DNA from: Candidatus Microgenomates bacterium
GTDB taxonomy: Bacteria > Patescibacteriota > Microgenomatia > UBA1406 > HO2-37-13b
Reading direction: 5' to 3'
Assembly (NCBI GenBank): GCA_025449735.1
Contig: JANWIV010000001.1
Coordinates: 12,654-76,653, forward strand
DNA: 64,000 nt
Below, one piece after another: positions 61,532 to 64,000 of this stretch. A program made the position numbers and the translations under genes. Within the stretch, counting starts at the first letter, position 1; the number at the start of each line of letters is the position of its first letter. Under the pieces are notes generated by a model. That model made no database searches and had not been told where the DNA came from. It worked only from the letters and a program-made list of their open reading frames with translations.

Positions 61532-61993
61532 ATGGCGCAAAACAAAAGTGTTATGTCCGCACTGAGCTCACTCGAAACTACTCTTGATCAGTATCTTGTC
61601 AAAAAAGCCCCTGCAATCCCGACAGCTTGGAAAGACGTCATTGTCAAAGTGGCGCCATGGCTCTCGCTACTTATGGTAATTGTATCAATCCCGGCAATTT
61701 TAGTGCTCTTTGGTATAACCGCATTTGTCTTACCTTTTAGTATGTTCGCCGGACCCTATGCACCAGCGGGGATTTCAATCGCCGTCATTTTAATGATCGC
61801 AACAATCGCGCTTGAAGCGCTCGCCATCCCAGGACTTTTCAAACGAAGTCGTCAGGGTTGGAACTTCGTCTTTTGGTCAGCCTTGGTCGGGGCATTATCA
61901 AATATAATTTCTCTCAACATCGGCGGCTTTATAATCGGCACATTGCTATCTCTATATATTCTTTTCCAAGTCAAAAGCTACTATAAAGCTTGA
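61532..61993 (+). CDS. Hypothetical membrane protein
   Basis: 153 aa with 3-4 hydrophobic helices. A consensus TTGACA-17-TAGAAT promoter ends 6 nt before the ATG. Confidence 0.55.
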   Translation: MAQNKSVMSALSSLETTLDQYLVKKAPAIPTAWKDVIVKVAPWLSLLMVIVSIPAILVLFGITAFVLPFSMFAGPYAPAGISIAVILMIATIALEALAIPGLFKRSRQGWNFVFWSALVGALSNIISLNIGGFIIGTLLSLYILFQVKSYYKA

Positions 61994-62006
61994 ATTTGGA
62001 ATCTAA

Positions 62007-62100
62007 AGTCATCCTGAGCATGTCTAAGGCGAAGGATCTTTGAACAATGAGATTCTCACGTCGTCATCCGCAAGTTGTCGGACTCCTCCTCAGAATGACA
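62007..62100. repeat. TGTCAT-type double-hairpin repeat (family R1), long variant
   Basis: agtcatcctgagcatgtctaaggcgaaggatct ... agattctcacg...cctcctcagaatgaca. Confidence 0.75.
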
Positions 62101-62278
62101 GGGCTTAACTGATTTTATCTGAGTCTACTGATTGCAATTGAATATAACTGGATCTACTAGTCTCGTGCTATAATAGCCTTATATTTCTGCACCTGCCTTA
62201 AGACTTCAAATAAGTCAAGGCAAGCACCTTGACACTACGGATAGCACCCAAAAAAAATCGCTAAGGAGGCGACAGCTC

Positions 62279-62497
62279 ATGGACTGGTACTGGATCTTTC
62301 AGTTTGGCCTTGCTACTGGGTCATTAATGTCAACATTGGTTTTAGCAGAACTGTATTTAACAGACTATATCGATGGCGGGCCAGGATTTTTCCTGTCCGT
62401 CTGTGCTTTTTGTTTTTTCATTTGGGTCATATTCACCGAGCAACCTGAGCGGTTGACCAAGCGCTTGCTCGGTTGGCTCTATCGCAACATGCCCTAA
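62279..62497 (+). CDS. Small membrane protein
   Basis: 72 aa, two helices. AAGGAGG Shine-Dalgarno upstream. Lies in a GC-rich segment. Confidence 0.5.
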   Translation: MDWYWIFQFGLATGSLMSTLVLAELYLTDYIDGGPGFFLSVCAFCFFIWVIFTEQPERLTKRLLGWLYRNMP

Positions 62498-62525
62498 ACC
62501 ATAACTACACGAGAAGGGGAAAACA

Positions 62526-62831
62526 ATGCTAACTAGACTTCGTGGCTTTCTCTTCGGCGTCAAAACCGGCGATCCTGAAATCGATAGTTTGGGCAAAGCG
62601 CAACGATACGTCCTTCGCACTGTAGCAAAAGGACCGGGAGATGGCTGGGAGCTAAAAGCTCGAATGCCAAAGATCGGATATTCAGCAACCATGTATGAAT
62701 CGCTCAAACAGCTTTTCGATATGGACCTGATCGGACGAGAGAATTTGTACATAAATGGCAGAATACGCATCCGCTACTTTGCCACCGAAAAAGGTAAAGA
62801 GCTGGCACAGCGAATGGAGGAGCTATTATGA
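62526..62831 (+). CDS. PadR-like winged-helix transcriptional regulator
   Basis: GWELKARM...SATMYESLKQLFDMDLIGRE...GRIRIRYFATEKGKEL fits the PadR wHTH pattern. Confidence 0.5.
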   Translation: MLTRLRGFLFGVKTGDPEIDSLGKAQRYVLRTVAKGPGDGWELKARMPKIGYSATMYESLKQLFDMDLIGRENLYINGRIRIRYFATEKGKELAQRMEELL

Positions 62832-62956
62832 GAGTTCACTTCCGCGCCTGGTTTGAGGCGCTTCCAGAATCGGCAGATTGGCCCATAATGGTAATAATTG
62901 TAATCTTGGCCTATCTCCCGTTGATCCTCTCGGCTCTTTTCTTGTTCTATCGATAG
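62828..62956 (+). CDS. Small single-TM protein (42 aa, below the ORF-track cutoff)
   Basis: Own translation: MRVHFRAWFEALPESADWPIMVIIVILAYLPLILSALFLFYR. ATGA overlap with the PadR-like gene stop. Confidence 0.4.
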   Translation: MRVHFRAWFEALPESADWPIMVIIVILAYLPLILSALFLFYR

Positions 62957-62984
62957 AGCCTACACTCACCAGGAGGAGCTTCAA

Positions 62985-63458
62985 ATGAACATAAGTGAAT
63001 ACGGATATATAGTTGGCCATACAGTTTTCTATACCTCGGCGTTTCTGTTCATCGCATTCTTGTTGTCGATGGTTCGTTTTAAGGTTGAACGCGACGCGGT
63101 AACCGCATTAGAATTCTTTGCCTTCCTTTCAGTTGGCCTAGGCCTTCTGTCTGGATGGCTGGGTTTATACTATGCCTCAGCACTCTTGATCGGGACTGGT
63201 ACAGGCATCCTCAGCCTTTACTACATCGGATGGAGGTTTATTGCTCTTTCATACATCAATGAGGAAAAAACCAAAGCTGACGCTGTAAATGTACAGATGC
63301 TTGAAGAAGAGGAGTCTGTCGACAGCCAAATCGACAACCCAGTGTTGGCTGAGGAGGAAAAAACCAAAGTTGACGCTTCAACGACTCCCGAACAAGAGAC
63401 GGAAGAGGCACCTGTCGACAACCAAGCCGCCAACCTGGCGCTAGCTGAGGAACAATGA
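62985..63458 (+). CDS. Membrane protein with acidic tandem-repeat C-terminal tail
   Basis: 157 aa with three N-terminal helices. AGGAGG lies upstream. The tail contains two copies of EEKTK(A/V)DA...VD(S/N)Q...LAEE. Confidence 0.55.
   Translation: MNISEYGYIVGHTVFYTSAFLFIAFLLSMVRFKVERDAVTALEFFAFLSVGLGLLSGWLGLYYASALLIGTGTGILSLYYIGWRFIALSYINEEKTKADAVNVQMLEEEESVDSQIDNPVLAEEEKTKVDASTTPEQETEEAPVDNQAANLALAEEQ
63261..63449 (+). repeat. Intragenic tandem duplication (two units of about 93-96 bp)
   Basis: Units start with gaggaaaaaaccaaag(c/t)tgacgct at 63261 and 63354. Both contain ctgtcgaca(g/a)ccaa and end in (t/a)(g/-)gctgag. Confidence 0.7.
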
Positions 63459-63664
63459 ACCAACCATTTCGTGATTTCTTAGGAGCGGCTGTTTTCATTG
63501 CCATTATCACCGTCGGCGCCATACCGATGACAAAAAAGCCAGAAGACCAGGACGCGCTCGCCATCTTTGTAGCGATGTTTATTGTCGGCATTCTCGTCGG
63601 CAGCGCCATCAATGGCTCACTCTTCGGTGCTATCCGTTATTTCCAGTCATATGAACCGGACTAG
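63455..63664 (+). CDS. Small membrane protein
   Basis: 69 aa, two helices. ATGA overlap with the upstream gene. Confidence 0.5.
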   Translation: MNQPFRDFLGAAVFIAIITVGAIPMTKKPEDQDALAIFVAMFIVGILVGSAINGSLFGAIRYFQSYEPD

Positions 63665-63669
63665 TCAGG

Positions 63670-63790
63670 TGCAGACTTCGCACAGGCTCGCTTCAAAAGC
63701 GAGCTGATCTTTTGTCCCGAAGCTTGGGATATTTGGTCGGCTCGCCCCCAATTCGCCTACCGGCGAAAAGGGCGAGCCTGTGCTTCTGCA
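63670..63790. repeat. GC-rich inverted-repeat structure downstream of the small-membrane-protein operon
   Basis: tgcagacttcgcacaggctcgc (63670-63691) pairs with gcgagcctgtgcttctgca (63772-63790). Internal hairpin ggctcgccc (63739-63747) / gggcgagcc (63770-63778). Confidence 0.55.
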
Positions 63791-63903
63791 TTTTAAATTC
63801 TTGCATTACTAGCCTCACTACACCTCGGGGGTGTGGACGCTCAACTATTGCAATATTTATTTTTTACTTAAAATCTAGATCAACTTTGCGTTAAACTAAG
63901 ATC

Positions 63904-64000
63904 ATGCCCAAATTCAAAAATCTCTTAAAAAATCGCACTCATCGCGATATTCTCGTCAACACCAGCGGCAATTATCTTGGCGTCATTTTTGCCTTACTAT
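63904..64000 (+). CDS. N-terminal fragment of a membrane protein, possibly a Wzx/PST-type polysaccharide flippase
   Basis: Own translation: MPKFKNLLKNRTHRDILVNTSGNYLGVIFALL... This resembles flippase N-termini, but only 32 codons are visible. Confidence 0.3.
   Translation, partial: MPKFKNLLKNRTHRDILVNTSGNYLGVIFALL

Noticed and set aside
33225-62100. CRISPR array formed by the recurring hairpin repeats
   Set aside because: Copies are kilobases apart, differ in length and interior sequence, are not separated by uniform spacers, and no cas genes are present.
1-64000. Alternative genetic code (UGA as Gly or Trp, as in some candidate phyla and Mollicutes)
   Set aside because: Many well-delimited genes end in TGA, often in ATGA overlaps (2899, 22883, 31568, 38205, 40292, 43420). 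Their protein lengths match their families, so the standard code 11 fits.

Overview
The window is low-GC (roughly 35%) and densely coding, and it uses the standard genetic code: many genes end in TGA, often as ATGA overlaps. The style suggests an uncultured small-genome bacterium, possibly Patescibacteria/CPR, but that is only an inference. About 50 kb is one very large cell-surface glycan and glycosylation island. It contains a truncated TagH/Wzt-type ABC exporter ATPase, GT2 and GT4 glycosyltransferases, and four polyprenyl-phosphate-type GT2s. It also contains eight 600-760 aa polytopic membrane proteins. Seven of these form two interleaved paralog families that share a C-terminal module. 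Sugar-nucleotide genes include an RfbF/RfbG-like/RfbH-like CDP-deoxyhexose set, a DegT aminotransferase, an RmlC-like cupin, GalE, Gmd and several SDRs. Three thiamine-diphosphate enzymes are present (two split transketolases and one ALS/YerE-like), next to a DmpF/DmpG-like dehydrogenase-aldolase pair and an aminotransferase. Three or more methyltransferases and a SemiSWEET complete the island. The remainder holds a small translation-related cluster (a degenerate deformylase homolog, a tRNA-binding protein and miaA), a phosphoesterase cluster, an IS200/RAYT-like HUH transposase flanked by inverted palindromic repeats, and two GC-rich islands that look foreign. I found no rRNA, tRNA or CRISPR. 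The main items for follow-up are the GT-C-like paralog array, two families of palindromic repeats (one copy lies in frame inside miaA), an RfbH-like dehydrase lacking its Fe-S cysteines, a branched-sugar-type ThDP cassette, and a recurrent leaderless promoter layout. All functional calls rest on motifs read by eye; no database search was possible.
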